Shown here: positions 1 to 9,981 of the stretch, piece after piece
How the letters are laid out: every line of letters begins with the position of its first letter
Numbering within the stretch: the stretch's first letter is position 1
Origin: an uncultured delta proteobacterium
Lineage (GTDB): Bacteria > Myxococcota_A > Polyangia > Polyangiales > B10-G4
Length of the DNA: 64,000 bases
NCBI GenBank assembly: GCA_963727445.1
Contig: CAVSGI010000015.1
Location: 96,001 to 160,000, forward strand
Reading direction: 5' to 3'
Notes under the pieces: generated by a model
What the model was told of the DNA's origin: nothing
Databases searched by the model: none
The model's input: the letters and a program-made list of their open reading frames with translations, nothing else
Made by a program: the position numbers and the translations under genes

Positions 1-1750
1 ACTGCCCCCCATCTCGCGAAACTGGTTCCGGATCCGCCACGACCACCTGAAGAAGCGACGCAGCCCCTCGACCTGGGCACGCAGATCGTAACCCACCACG
101 TCCCGATTCCAGCGCGTGCGAAGCGCGTCCATCATCGCGCGAAGGTCGGCGAAAACCCCGTCGTCGCGGGCGACCTCGCCGCGCGCCGGCGGCGTCGGAT
201 CGAAGGTGACCCAACGTCCTTCGACGTATCCCTCGACCCAGCTGTGGGCGTCCCCATGACGCACGGCGTAGTAGTCGCCGTAGGGGTTGTAGATGGCGCC
301 CGCGAACCCGGTGACGTTGCGACTCGGGATGCCGAGGGTTCGGAGCATCACCGCCATCGCCGTCGAGTAGTACTCGCAGTGGCCGTAATGCGCGTCGAAG
401 AGGAAGACTTCGAGTGGGTCCTGGTTGGGCTCGACGGGGGGCATCTCGAGCGAGTAGGTGAGCTCGCCCGAGTCCCGGAGGTAACTCAGGAGCGCATCCG
501 CGCGCTCCTCGTCCGTCTCGACGTCGGCGGTGAGCCGGCGGGCGAGGGCGGCGACGCGATCGACGCCGTTCGGGAGCTCGAGATAGCGCTGTCGGTCTTC
601 GGGCTCGAGGGTGTCGAGGAGCTCCTCGCGTGGGTTGGTCGAGACGTAGGCGGTGTAGCGCAGCCCGAGCCCGTCGTCGTCCGCGTAGCGAACGTCGAGG
701 CCGAGGGAGCGCTCGACGCGGCGGGCGCGAGGCTGTGCGCGCACGACCTGCTCGGGGATGGTCGAGCCCGACGGTCTTGGGAGGCAGGAAGATCACCGGC
801 TCGTCGAGGTGGTCCAGAATGACCTGCACCTCGAGGTCTTCGAGACGCCGCTCTCGACGCAGCGGGTAGTAGTCCCCTTCGGCGCGCACCTGATGTGCGT
901 GGGCGTCGCTCCGCGTCCAGCGCCGTCCGTCGTAGCGATCGAAGGAAGTGCCGCGCATGCGCATGGCGACGTAGGGCGGGCGCGAGGCTCCCCCCACCGA
1001 GGGAAGCTTCAGTCGCATCACGACCTCGGGGTTGTCGCGGATCACGCCGAAGTCGCCCAGCTCGACGTTGCGACCGAAGCCCGCGGTGTGCTGGCCGCCG
1101 CGGCTGTCGAAGGAGAGGAAGCCGAGGCCGACGCGCGGGAACATCAAGAAGAGCGCCACCGTGACGAGGAAGATCGGCAGCGTCAGCGCGGCGGTCCCCG
1201 CGAGGAAGCCCGCGCCCACGATGCGTCGCGAGGAGAGCACCCTGGCCACGTCGGGACCGCGTCGCGTCCCCGCCTTCTCGTAGTTGCCTTCGATCTCCTG
1301 CCTCAGCTGAGTGAGCACCAGCATCCACGGCGTGGCGATGACGAAGCCGACGAAGACGAAGCCGTAGGCGAGGTCGGTGGAGAGCACCGTCGCGGCGATC
1401 AGGTGCAAGAAGGCGAGGACCGCGATCTGCTGGTGGTCGCGCGCGCCCCGTCGGTTGAAGAGCCGCGAGATCTGGAGGAAGCCCGCGAACTCCAGACCGA
1501 GGGCGAGGAAGGGCTCGCCGAGGATCCCGCGTCCGATCTCGATCACCAGGAACACGACCAGGGCGACGTTCCAACCCTGGATCCAGCGCTTGTCGGAGAG
1601 CCGCGCGCCCTCGACGAAGAAGCTCACGGCCCAGGCGACGAAGAACGCTCCCGAAGGCCCCGGGCCGAGCTCGCCCCCGAGGGAGAGCGCGTAGAGACCG
1701 AGGCCGCTGATCAGATAGGTGACCAGCTTGTGCAGGAGCGAAAAGCTCAC
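1..1750 (-). CDS. DUF3488 + transglutaminase-like domain membrane protein (TgpA-like); 3' end outside window; apparent +1 frameshift near 762
   Basis: GTG at 1750 overlaps the DUF58 stop (GTGA) and reads MSFSLLHKLVTYLISGLG with several TM segments. After removing one base at about 762 the frame reads GHCEYYSTAMAVMLRTLGIPSRNVTGF...DAHSWVEGY...WVTFDPTP (Cys-His-Asp triad). Confidence 0.9.
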   Translation of the reverse strand, partial: MSFSLLHKLVTYLISGLGLYALSLGGELGPGPSGAFFVAWAVSFFVEGARLSDKRWIQGWNVALVVFLVIEIGRGILGEPFLALGLEFAGFLQISRLFNRRGARDHQQIAVLAFLHLIAATVLSTDLAYGFVFVGFVIATPWMLVLTQLRQEIEGNYEKAGTRRGPDVARVLSSRRIVGAGFLAGTAALTLPIFLVTVALFLMFPRVGLGFLSFDSRGGQHTAGFGRNVELGDFGVIRDNPEVVMRLKLPSVGGASRPPYVAMRMRGTSFDRYDGRRWTRSDAHAHQVRAEGDYYPLRRERRLEDLEVQVILDHLDEPVIFLPPKTVGLDHPRAGRARTASRPPRRALPRPRRSLRGRRRARAALHRLRLDQPTRGAPRHPRARRPTALSRAPERRRSRRRPRPPAHRRRRDGRGARGCAPELPPGLGRAHLLARDAPRRAQPGPTRSLPLRRALRPLRVLLDGDGGDAPNPRHPESQRHRVRGRHLQPLRRLLRRASWGRPQLGRGIRRRTLGHLRSDAAGARRGRPRRRGFRRPSRDDGRASHALESGRGGLRSACPGRGAASLLQVVVADPEPVSRDGGQ

Positions 1751-2826
1751 GCCTTCTCTCCTTCGGGCGTCGCCCTGGGCACGACGTCGATGTAGATCGC
1801 GCCTTGCCCAGCCACGGGCGGGCTCGCCTCCGGGTCGGCGACCTCGAGTCGCGCCAGAAAGCGCCAGATGGGATCGGGCGCCGCGCCCGGGGCCAAGAGA
1901 GGCGAACGCGTGTCCCGTGCGACGACCTCGACGCTCGCGCCCCTCGCCGCCGCCTCCGCCGTGAGCGTGGCGATGCGGCTGATGGCGTGCTCGAAGCCGG
2001 CGGCCCAGCCCTCCTCTTCCACCCCCTCTGGGCGAAGATTGTCGAGGACGAAGACGACGCGCGACGACGCGTCTCGCTGTCGCTCCTTGACCACCAGGGT
2101 CCCGAGCGCTGCGCTTCGCCGCCAGTGGATCGCGCGCGCCTCGTCGCCAGCCACGTACTCGCGCAGCCCGGCGACCTCGATGCCCCGGCCGATGAAGGGA
2201 TCGGGGTGGTCGGTACCGGTGAAGCGACCGCGCAGGATCGCCGGATCGACGTCGATGAGCTCGGGATAGACGAGGAGCTCGCCCTCGCCCACGTGCACGT
2301 AGGCCTTCTCGACCAGACCGAAGGGATAGCGGGTGCCGATGCGGTAACCAATCAGCGCGAGCGCGCCCCGCTTCGACGGCACGCGCTGGTAGGCGGCGAC
2401 CTGCTCGCCTTCGGGAGAGACCTTGAGGAAGTAGCACCGCCGCTCGGTGGGCTCGTCTTTGGCGCGGTCCTCCACCTCGAGGGAGTAGCTGGGGAGGAAG
2501 CGCTTTTCGTTGCGGAGGACGAGCTCGACCAGCGATGGGGTGCGGGCGAAGGCGCGCGCCGGCAGGCGGCGCTCGACGAAGACCTTCCGGAGCGCGATCT
2601 CGCTCAGCACCATGCTCAACAAGAGCAGGCTGAGCATCAGACCGAGCATGAGGTAGAGGAGGTTGTTGCCGGTGTTCACCGCGGCGAATCCGACGCCGAC
2701 GGTGACGAAGACGAAGACCTTGCCCTCGCGGGTGAGGCGCGCCCGGCGCTGCGGGCGGCGGCGGCTCTTCTCTCGCTGCACCGCGATCGCACGGCCGAGC
2801 TTCGAGATCGCCGACGCCACGATCAC
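1747..2826 (-). CDS. DUF58 domain protein
   Basis: N-terminal TM pair with AAVNTGNNLLYL; motifs TRYPFGL, LLVYP, LREYVAGDEARAIHWRRSA; lies between MoxR and the transglutaminase gene. Confidence 0.9.
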   Translation of the reverse strand: MIVASAISKLGRAIAVQREKSRRRPQRRARLTREGKVFVFVTVGVGFAAVNTGNNLLYLMLGLMLSLLLLSMVLSEIALRKVFVERRLPARAFARTPSLVELVLRNEKRFLPSYSLEVEDRAKDEPTERRCYFLKVSPEGEQVAAYQRVPSKRGALALIGYRIGTRYPFGLVEKAYVHVGEGELLVYPELIDVDPAILRGRFTGTDHPDPFIGRGIEVAGLREYVAGDEARAIHWRRSAALGTLVVKERQRDASSRVVFVLDNLRPEGVEEEGWAAGFEHAISRIATLTAEAAARGASVEVVARDTRSPLLAPGAAPDPIWRFLARLEVADPEASPPVAGQGAIYIDVVPRATPEGEKA

Positions 2827-3794
2827 ACGGGCACGGCCAGGGAGCTCACCAGATCACGCACCACGCGCTCGGCGTCGGAGCGGCGTCCTGCGCCGTCCTG
2901 ATGGCCGGCGACGCGCACGCGGTGGCTCAGCACCGGCACCGCCAGGGCCTTCACGTCGTCGGGCGTGGCGTAGGTGCGGCCGAGGACCAGCGCATGGGCC
3001 CGCACCGCGCGGTCGAGCGCCAGCGCCGCGCGGGTGGACGCACCGAGCGAGAGCATCGGCGTGTCGCGCGTGGCCACTACGACCGAGTGCAGATAGTCGA
3101 GCACCGGCGCCTCGACGCGGACGCGGTCCACCGCTTCCTGCGCCGCGAGCAGGCCAGCCTCGTCGACCACGGACTCGAGCGAGTCGGTCGGCTCGGCGCC
3201 GCGGCGCGCGCCGAGGACCTTCCGCTCGACGTCCGCCGGTGGATAGCCGATGGCGATGCGCATCAAGAAGCGATCGAGCTGCGACTCGGGCAGCGGATAG
3301 GTGCCGTAGAACTCGTCCGGGTTCTGAGTGGCGACGACGAAGAAGGGCTCGTCGAGGGCGCGGGTCACGCCGTCGATGGAGACCTGCCTCTCGTCCATCG
3401 CTTCGAGGAGCGCGCTCTGGGTCTTGGGCGTGGTGCGGTTGATCTCGTCCGCGAGGAGCACGTTGGTGAAGACGGGACCCGGCCGGAAAGAGAAGTCACC
3501 CGCCTTCTGATCGTAGATGGACCCGCCCACGACGTCGGCCGGCATCAGGTCGCTGGTGAACTGGATGCGGCGGAACTGAACCCCGATGGAGCGCGCGAGC
3601 GCCCGCGCGAGGGTGGTCTTTCCGACACCCGGTACGTCCTCGATGAGGAGATGACCGCGCGCGAAGAGGGTCGTCACCGCGAGCTCGACCACGTCGCGCT
3701 TTCCTTCGAGCGCTTTTCCGACGTTGTCGACTATGCGGGCCGCGACACCCGCAGCGCCCTCGTCGATGGAGGTGACCGCCTGCAACACGCGCAC
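2823..3794 (-). CDS. moxR: MoxR-family AAA+ ATPase
   Basis: HLLIEDVPGVGKT, RIQFTSDLMPAD, LLADEINRTTPKTQSALLEAM, ATQNP, YPLPESQLDRF. Start position is approximate. Confidence 0.95.
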   Translation of the reverse strand: MRVLQAVTSIDEGAAGVAARIVDNVGKALEGKRDVVELAVTTLFARGHLLIEDVPGVGKTTLARALARSIGVQFRRIQFTSDLMPADVVGGSIYDQKAGDFSFRPGPVFTNVLLADEINRTTPKTQSALLEAMDERQVSIDGVTRALDEPFFVVATQNPDEFYGTYPLPESQLDRFLMRIAIGYPPADVERKVLGARRGAEPTDSLESVVDEAGLLAAQEAVDRVRVEAPVLDYLHSVVVATRDTPMLSLGASTRAALALDRAVRAHALVLGRTYATPDDVKALAVPVLSHRVRVAGHQDGAGRRSDAERVVRDLVSSLAVPV

Positions 3795-3825
3795 TGTAAC
3801 ACGCGGGCGCAGGTGGAGTATTCCG

Positions 3826-5400
3826 TCACTGCGTTTCCCCGCTCGCCGGGATGGTGACGTGGAAGGTCGTGCCCTCGGCGGAGGGGTCGTAGTGGATGTC
3901 GCCGCCATGGGCCCGTACCAGGGAGCGGGCGAGGGAGAGCGACAGGCCCATGCCGCCGATCCGACGGCCGGAGGCGGAGGTCATGGCGCGGAAAGCCTGG
4001 AAGACGCGCTCGCGATCCTCGTCGAGGAAGGCGGTCCCAGTGTCGGTGATCGACACGCGGACGTCTCCGTCCTCCACCTTCGCGGAGAGACGGATCGCGC
4101 CTCCCTCCATCACCATCGTGGCGTGGCGAAAGATGCAGAGGATCGCCTGCACGATGCGGTGGCTGTCCACGTAGACCGGCGGCAAGCCCGGCTCGAGCGT
4201 CTCCTCGATGGTGAAGCCCTTTCCAGTGCCGGTGCGGATCTGAACGATCTCGCGGCCCTTCTGGATCGCGTCGGTGAGCAGCTCGACGGTGGGCGTCCAC
4301 GCGCGCCGGAGCGGCAGGCGCAAAGCTTCGAGTCGCGCCGAATCGATGATGTCGTTGAGCAGCTCGAGGAGCTCCGAGCCGCTCCGTTGGATCACCGAGA
4401 CGCTCTCGCGCTGGCCGTCCGTCAGCTCTCCGCCGATGCCGGAGATCAGCAGCTCGGAAAATCCCATGATCGAATTGAGCGGGCTGCGCAGGTCGTGGCT
4501 CATGGACGCCATGAAGATCGTCTTGTTGCGCTGCGTCTCCTCGATCGACGACTTGGTGCGCTTCTCGGCGTCGGCGATGCGTCGGATCGACGTCGACGCT
4601 CGCTGGATGGCATCCGAGAGCGCGACGATCAGCGGATCGGCGCCCGGAGCCGCCCAGCTCTTCACGTCGACCAAGCGGCCCTGCTCGGCGGACTCCGCGA
4701 CGCTCGCGTGCAAGCGGGACAGATCCGCCGAGAGCCGTCGCGCGAGTCGCGCCGCGATCGACCCGGCGACCACCGCTACGCCCAGCGTGACCGAGCCACC
4801 GAGCGCGAGCGCGGCGACGCTGGCCTCGGCCGAATGGGCGCCCAGAGAGATGCCGATGAGGCCGACGCCGAGCACCGCGGAGGCCGTGGCCCAGGCGATG
4901 CGGCGCGCGTGCGCGCGGCTCTCGACCACGGCGAGCTCGCTTGGTGGAAAGGCGACGATCCAGGGACGCAGGGCCCGCCGAACACCGAGCCCATAGGCCG
5001 GCGCCAGAACGAGGGCGCTCCCCAGGACGGGGGTGAGCACCATGGCCGGATTCATCGCGCCGTGATAGCCGAGCACGCCGATCGCCCCCGCCAGCGCTTC
5101 GAGGGCCATGAAGACCTCGAGCGCACGATCGGGAGCGCGCGTGGCGTCGCTCAAGGCCGAGCGTGAAGGTGGCGGCGCGTCGCCCCCCGCGGCTGCGCGC
5201 CGAGCGCTCCTGTAGAGCGACGCGGTGCGCACGACGATGAACGCGCCGAAGACGGCGGTCACCGCGAGGGTGGGGATGGCGAAGACCACCGAGCTCGGAC
5301 GGATCGGCAGGAGGATGAGCGCTTGCAGGATCGTCACCCCGCTGCCCCAGATGGAGAGCTCGGTGAAGACGCGCGCCGGCGAGGGAAGCTGCGCGCTCAT
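3826..5400 (-). CDS. Membrane sensor histidine kinase with degenerate ATPase boxes
   Basis: Multiple TM helices; H-box SHDLRSPLNSIMGF; HATPase region QAILCIFRHA (N-box Asn absent), DTGTAF, GMGLSL. Confidence 0.85.
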   Translation of the reverse strand: MSAQLPSPARVFTELSIWGSGVTILQALILLPIRPSSVVFAIPTLAVTAVFGAFIVVRTASLYRSARRAAAGGDAPPPSRSALSDATRAPDRALEVFMALEALAGAIGVLGYHGAMNPAMVLTPVLGSALVLAPAYGLGVRRALRPWIVAFPPSELAVVESRAHARRIAWATASAVLGVGLIGISLGAHSAEASVAALALGGSVTLGVAVVAGSIAARLARRLSADLSRLHASVAESAEQGRLVDVKSWAAPGADPLIVALSDAIQRASTSIRRIADAEKRTKSSIEETQRNKTIFMASMSHDLRSPLNSIMGFSELLISGIGGELTDGQRESVSVIQRSGSELLELLNDIIDSARLEALRLPLRRAWTPTVELLTDAIQKGREIVQIRTGTGKGFTIEETLEPGLPPVYVDSHRIVQAILCIFRHATMVMEGGAIRLSAKVEDGDVRVSITDTGTAFLDEDRERVFQAFRAMTSASGRRIGGMGLSLSLARSLVRAHGGDIHYDPSAEGTTFHVTIPASGETQ

Positions 5401-6467
5401 TCGTTCTCCTCCGCAGGGAGCCAGACGTGGAAGGAGGAGCCCTCGCCCGTGACGCTGTCGAGCCAGATGCGACCGCCGTGGAGCTCGGTCAATCGCTTCA
5501 CGATCGCGAGCCCGAGACCGCTTCCCTGCGTCCGGCGCAGGATGCTTCCCGACACCTGCGTGAACTCGTGGAAGATCGAGTCGCGGTCGCCGGGTGGGAT
5601 CCCGGGACCCGTGTCGTGCACCGTGAGGCGCACGCCTCCGTCCTCCGCCACCGCCTCGAGCTTCACCTCCCCGGATTCGGTGAACTTGAGGGCGTTGGTG
5701 CCGAGATTCATCAGGATCTGACGCACGCGTTTCTCATCCGCGAGGACGGGGGGCAGATCGTCCGCGACCTCGCGCGCGAGGGCGACGGGCTTGTCGCGCA
5801 ACTGGCCGCGCAAGAGGCGCTCGACCTCCGCGATCAGCTTGTCGACCTGCACCGGCCGGCGCGCCAGCTTCACGTGACCCGAGTGAAGGGCCGCCATGTC
5901 CAGGACGTCGTCGACCAACGCGGAGAGATGGGACCCCGAGGAGCGAATGGTCTCCACGTCTTCGCGCTGCGAGTCAGTGAGGGGGCCGTCGATCTCGTCG
6001 AGGAGGACCTGGGAGAAGCCGAGGATCGAGTTGAGAGGCGTACGCAACTCGTGACTCAGCTCCGTGAGGAACTCTGTCTCGCTCTCGTCTTCCTTCTGCG
6101 CCTCGAGTCGTGCGTCGCGATGTTGGCTGAGGACCGTGTCGAGGCCGGTCAGGAGTCGTTCGATCTCGACCGCGATCATGGCGAGGCGTGGATCGGCGAC
6201 GCGGAGTGCCGGGACTCGCTCCTGCGCACCGGGCGTTGGTTCGCCCTCGCGGCGAAGAGCGCGGGTCAGCTCCGAGAGCTCGCTGCGCTTGGCGTCGGCC
6301 ACCGCGTGGATCACGAACCAGACGATCACGCTCGCGAGAGCGAGCACCGCGAGGGCGGGGACCGGAGACTCGGTGAACCCGAACGGCAGAAAGGACACCA
6401 GCGCCGCCGCGAGACCGAAACCGGTCGCGGCCGTCGCGATTCGTCCCGCTATCCCTCGCGCGTCCAT
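5397..6467 (-). CDS. Sensor histidine kinase
   Basis: Two TM helices; SHELRTPLNSILGF; NLGTNALKF; DTGPGI; GSGLGL. Confidence 0.93.
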   Translation of the reverse strand: MDARGIAGRIATAATGFGLAAALVSFLPFGFTESPVPALAVLALASVIVWFVIHAVADAKRSELSELTRALRREGEPTPGAQERVPALRVADPRLAMIAVEIERLLTGLDTVLSQHRDARLEAQKEDESETEFLTELSHELRTPLNSILGFSQVLLDEIDGPLTDSQREDVETIRSSGSHLSALVDDVLDMAALHSGHVKLARRPVQVDKLIAEVERLLRGQLRDKPVALAREVADDLPPVLADEKRVRQILMNLGTNALKFTESGEVKLEAVAEDGGVRLTVHDTGPGIPPGDRDSIFHEFTQVSGSILRRTQGSGLGLAIVKRLTELHGGRIWLDSVTGEGSSFHVWLPAEENE

Positions 6468-6507
6468 GCTCGCTCTCGCCGAGAGCGGCTCAGACTATCA
6501 GGTCGGC

Positions 6508-6870
6508 TCAGACGTCGCGGGAACGAACGGCGCGACTGACCGCTTCGAGGAGCGGAAGCAAACCGCCCTCCGGAGCCACGTGCGCCGTGACCGCGTAGCG
6601 CCGGGGCGCGAGGTGGCGCAGGGAGGCGATCACGCCGGGCGCGCGGATGCTCGCGCGGTCGCGATTCCACTCGCACGCGGTCTCGACGTCGGCGCTTGGC
6701 GGAAGGTCCGTCGTGACCGAGCAGAGCACCGAGGACAAAACACGCGCGTGCCCTTCCTGGGAATGCGGTATTTCGAGCGCCTCGACGTCGGAGAGGAGCT
6801 CGAAAGCAATCCCATCGAAGACGACGCGTTCGCCGTGTTGCGAATCCCTGCGGACGGCCGAGGCGGTCAT
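6508..6870 (-). CDS. Hypothetical protein
   Basis: ATG at 6870 preceded by GGAAGAGGGATC; 120-aa ORF co-oriented with the kinases; no motif recognised. Confidence 0.55.
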   Translation of the reverse strand: MTASAVRRDSQHGERVVFDGIAFELLSDVEALEIPHSQEGHARVLSSVLCSVTTDLPPSADVETACEWNRDRASIRAPGVIASLRHLAPRRYAVTAHVAPEGGLLPLLEAVSRAVRSRDV

Positions 6871-6890
6871 GATCCCTCTTCCTGGCCAGT

Positions 6891-6906
6891 TGCACGCGGG
6901 CGGCCA
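6891..6906 (-). promoter_or_regulatory. Possible sigma54 -24/-12 promoter
   Basis: Minus strand TGGCCGC-CCGC-GTGCA (GG-N10-GC spacing), about 20 nt upstream of ATG 6870; imperfect match. Confidence 0.35.
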
Positions 6907-7012
6907 AGCATTCGAAAAGACAAGGTGCCAATCGTAGCTCAGGTCGCTGGGACGCGCACGCCCAGCGAAATCCACCGTGATTGCGGGCCGCCGTGGCCCT
7001 GATCAAGTAGTG

Positions 7013-7804
7013 CTAGTTGCACGCGCCGTACTCGACTGCACCCACGACGGAGGGTGGTGTGAAGCTGTCACAGGATCCGGTGCAAGTGGCGGGGTCGCCG
7101 ACGCGACAGATGGGACGGCAGTGATCGGTGTTGCAGACGAGCGCCACCCCACAGTCGAGCGGGCCGACGCAGGGAGCGTCGATGCCGCCCGGCCCCGGTG
7201 GACTGCAGAGGTTCACCGAGACCACGTCGCCAGACGGCACTTCGTAGGCGAGCCCTAGACCGCACGATGTCGCCCCCGGGCACCCCGTCTGGTCTACGGG
7301 ATCACAGGTGGTCGAGCAGATCCCCGGCGGCGTCGACCACGACAGGCGCACGCATCGCGCGTCGGTCGGGCAGTCCGCGGCCGAATCGCAGAACGCGTGA
7401 CATACGCCGATGGATCCAAACGAGATGCAACCGGCACCGGGCACACATTCGTTGTCGCGTGTGCAGACCGCGCCCACGGGGACGGTGCCGGCGAGGACGC
7501 ACGCGCGTGGCGTCGAGGTGTTCCAGCCGCACATCTGACCGGTTGGGCAACCACATTGAGGGCTCACCAGCCGGCAGGGGGCTTCGCCGCACACGCCCGA
7601 GTCCGCCGCCGCGTCGGTGGTGCCGGCATCGGCATCGACTCCGGCGTCGGCCGATGTGTCGCCCGCGGCGTCCACGGGCGTCGTGTCGCCCGCGTCCACC
7701 GTTGCGTCCAGCGCTGCATCGGTGGACGAAGTGACCGCGTCATATGCGACGCGGCCACAACCGGTCACCAGGAGCGCGAGCGACAAGCCCCACACCGCAT
7801 GCAC
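7013..7804 (-). CDS. Cys-rich surface lipoprotein
   Basis: Lipobox LLVTGC, DA-rich linker, Cys-rich domain starting PCRLVSPQCGCPTGQMC. Confidence 0.8.
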   Translation of the reverse strand: MHAVWGLSLALLVTGCGRVAYDAVTSSTDAALDATVDAGDTTPVDAAGDTSADAGVDADAGTTDAAADSGVCGEAPCRLVSPQCGCPTGQMCGWNTSTPRACVLAGTVPVGAVCTRDNECVPGAGCISFGSIGVCHAFCDSAADCPTDARCVRLSWSTPPGICSTTCDPVDQTGCPGATSCGLGLAYEVPSGDVVSVNLCSPPGPGGIDAPCVGPLDCGVALVCNTDHCRPICRVGDPATCTGSCDSFTPPSVVGAVEYGACN

Positions 7805-7857
7805 GCTCCCATCGTAGCAGCGTGTGGGGTGCGTAGCTGGGGGGTAGACTCGGCGCG

Positions 7858-9936
7858 ATGGCCGAGATCGACACCGGCGCGCTGCTCGGGCGGAGGATCG
7901 ATGGACGCTATCGTCTGAGGAGCGTGCTCGGCGCGGGCGGGATGGGCGCGGTCTTCGAAGCCGAGGACGAACGCACGGGGACCATCGTCGCCCTCAAGCT
8001 GCTGCTCCCCGAGCTCGCCGGTGAGGCGGCGTACCTGGCGCGCTTCCAGCGCGAGACCGAGGTGATGAGCCTGCTGGCACATCCCCACGTCGTGCGTGCG
8101 CTCGACTCGGGCCTCGAAGACGACGGCATGCCCTGGCTGGTGATGGAGCGCGCCCCAGGTGAGTCGCTCGCGCAGCTCCTTCGGCGCGACGAGACGCTCT
8201 CGGTCGGTCGCGCGGTCGCGATCGTGCGTCAGATCGTAGCGGCGGTGGGCGCGGCGCACGAAGTGGGCATCGTGCATCGCGACCTCAAGCCCGCAAACGT
8301 GATGATCGACGGCGCGGGAGACGCGCTGCACGCGAAGGTCCTCGACTTCGGGATCGCGCGCTTCGTGCACAGCCCCACCTATCAGAGGCTGACCGTCACC
8401 GGTCACGTCGTCGGGACGCCGGCCTACATGGCGCCGGAGCAGGCCTTCGGCGAGCGCGTCGGTCCCGCGGCGGACGTCTACGCCATCGGTGCCATCCTGC
8501 AGGCGCTGCTCACCGGCGAGCCTCCCTATGGACGCGGTCCGATGCAGGAGGTTCTCCCACGATTGATGAGCGGTGACCGGACGTCCCTGACGCGCACCCA
8601 CCGCGAGCTCGGCCCGATCGTCGACGTCATCGAGCGTTGCCTCTCCCGCGAGCCCGAGCAACGGTACGCGAGCGCCGAGGAGCTGGACGCCGCGCTCGCG
8701 CCTTTCGACCAGCCACGAACCCTCGTTCGGAAGTGGACGCGTCCGCCGACGCTCCAGTCTCTCGTCCTGCCCCCGGATCCGGAGCTCGATGCGCCCGGTC
8801 GACGACGCCGGCGCTCACCTCGACCCGCGACGGCCGCTGCGATGCCGCCCGTCACTCGACAGGGCGCGACGCCCGGGGCCACGGCCACGGTCACGACGGA
8901 GAATCCAACGCCTCGACGTCTGCGCATGCCGGCGATGGTGCTGGCGGCGGTGATCGGCATCGCTGGCGGAGCGGGCCTGGTGGCGATCGCCATGACGGCG
9001 CTTCGAGGCTCGGATGATCGGAGCGAAGCGGCGAGCGAGCGGCTCACCGAGCCGGCGCCGACGCCCCCGATCCTACTCGACGCCTCTTCCGCCGAGGACG
9101 CTTCGGATGAGGGCGCGGCGCAGGCGTCAGCGGCGCCCGACCCTTCCACCGCGCCTTCATCGGATCATGCCGTTGCGACGGCTCGCGCGGAAGCGCGCAC
9201 CGCGCATGCACCCTCGACTCCACCCGAACCGCCCGCGGCGGCCGCCCACACCTATCGCTTCGTCCTCGCCGAAACGCACGTCGCCCCGAGCCGGCTGCGT
9301 CCGAGCTTGACCGCCGTCGCACGTCACCTCGACCGATGTCTACGCGGTGGGCCGCGCTGGGTGTTCGATGTCCACGTCTATCCAGATGACGCGATGATGA
9401 TGCACGACTACGGCGACCTCCCGCAGGGGCCGACGTTCGACTGCATCAACGTGGCGACCGTCGCCAACACGCCCCCACACGGCCCCGTCGGGGATTGGTC
9501 GCTTCGCTACCGCTTGACGGTCGAAACGGTCCCCGAAGGTGAGGGGGCGGTCGCCGTCGTCGACCAGACCGATTGGTCGTCGCGCGCGCAGGTTTCGCAT
9601 CCGAGGCTCCGCGTGACGGCGGAGGTGACCGAAGGGAAGTCCATGCTGCCGGAGGTTCGCGCCGTCATCTCCACGCGCGTGGACACGTTCAGGACGTGCC
9701 TCGAGCTGCTGGAGAACGTGTCGCCGCCGCCTCCCTACAGCGGAGAGTTCGGCTGGACCCACATCAACGGGATGATCTCCCGTGACTACCACCCGCCCGA
9801 CGGTACGCCCAATGGGATCGCCAATTGCCTCGGGTCGCTCTCGACCATACGGCCGATCGTGCCCGCCTCGGTCGGCCACGTCACCGTTCGCTTTCGCGCC
9901 GTCGCGGCCGATCGCACGACGGTCGAGGTTCGCTGA
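7858..9936 (+). CDS. Transmembrane Ser/Thr protein kinase
   Basis: GAGGMG, VALK, HRDLKPAN, DFG, GTPAYMAPEQ; TM helix; extracytoplasmic C-terminal domain. Confidence 0.95.
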   Translation: MAEIDTGALLGRRIDGRYRLRSVLGAGGMGAVFEAEDERTGTIVALKLLLPELAGEAAYLARFQRETEVMSLLAHPHVVRALDSGLEDDGMPWLVMERAPGESLAQLLRRDETLSVGRAVAIVRQIVAAVGAAHEVGIVHRDLKPANVMIDGAGDALHAKVLDFGIARFVHSPTYQRLTVTGHVVGTPAYMAPEQAFGERVGPAADVYAIGAILQALLTGEPPYGRGPMQEVLPRLMSGDRTSLTRTHRELGPIVDVIERCLSREPEQRYASAEELDAALAPFDQPRTLVRKWTRPPTLQSLVLPPDPELDAPGRRRRRSPRPATAAAMPPVTRQGATPGATATVTTENPTPRRLRMPAMVLAAVIGIAGGAGLVAIAMTALRGSDDRSEAASERLTEPAPTPPILLDASSAEDASDEGAAQASAAPDPSTAPSSDHAVATARAEARTAHAPSTPPEPPAAAAHTYRFVLAETHVAPSRLRPSLTAVARHLDRCLRGGPRWVFDVHVYPDDAMMMHDYGDLPQGPTFDCINVATVANTPPHGPVGDWSLRYRLTVETVPEGEGAVAVVDQTDWSSRAQVSHPRLRVTAEVTEGKSMLPEVRAVISTRVDTFRTCLELLENVSPPPPYSGEFGWTHINGMISRDYHPPDGTPNGIANCLGSLSTIRPIVPASVGHVTVRFRAVAADRTTVEVR

Positions 9937-9981
9937 CACACGCGACTTGCAGGCCTCGGCGAGCAGGGGCATCGTCAGCCC

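Noticed and set aside
486..2351. 621-aa Arg/Ser-rich minus-strand ORF and many similar long overlapping ORFs across the window
   Set aside because: Stop-poor alternative frames expected in high-GC DNA; no motifs, and they overlap well-supported genes.
1..3794. MoxR-DUF58-transglutaminase operon as a novel system
   Set aside because: A well-known, widespread gene trio.
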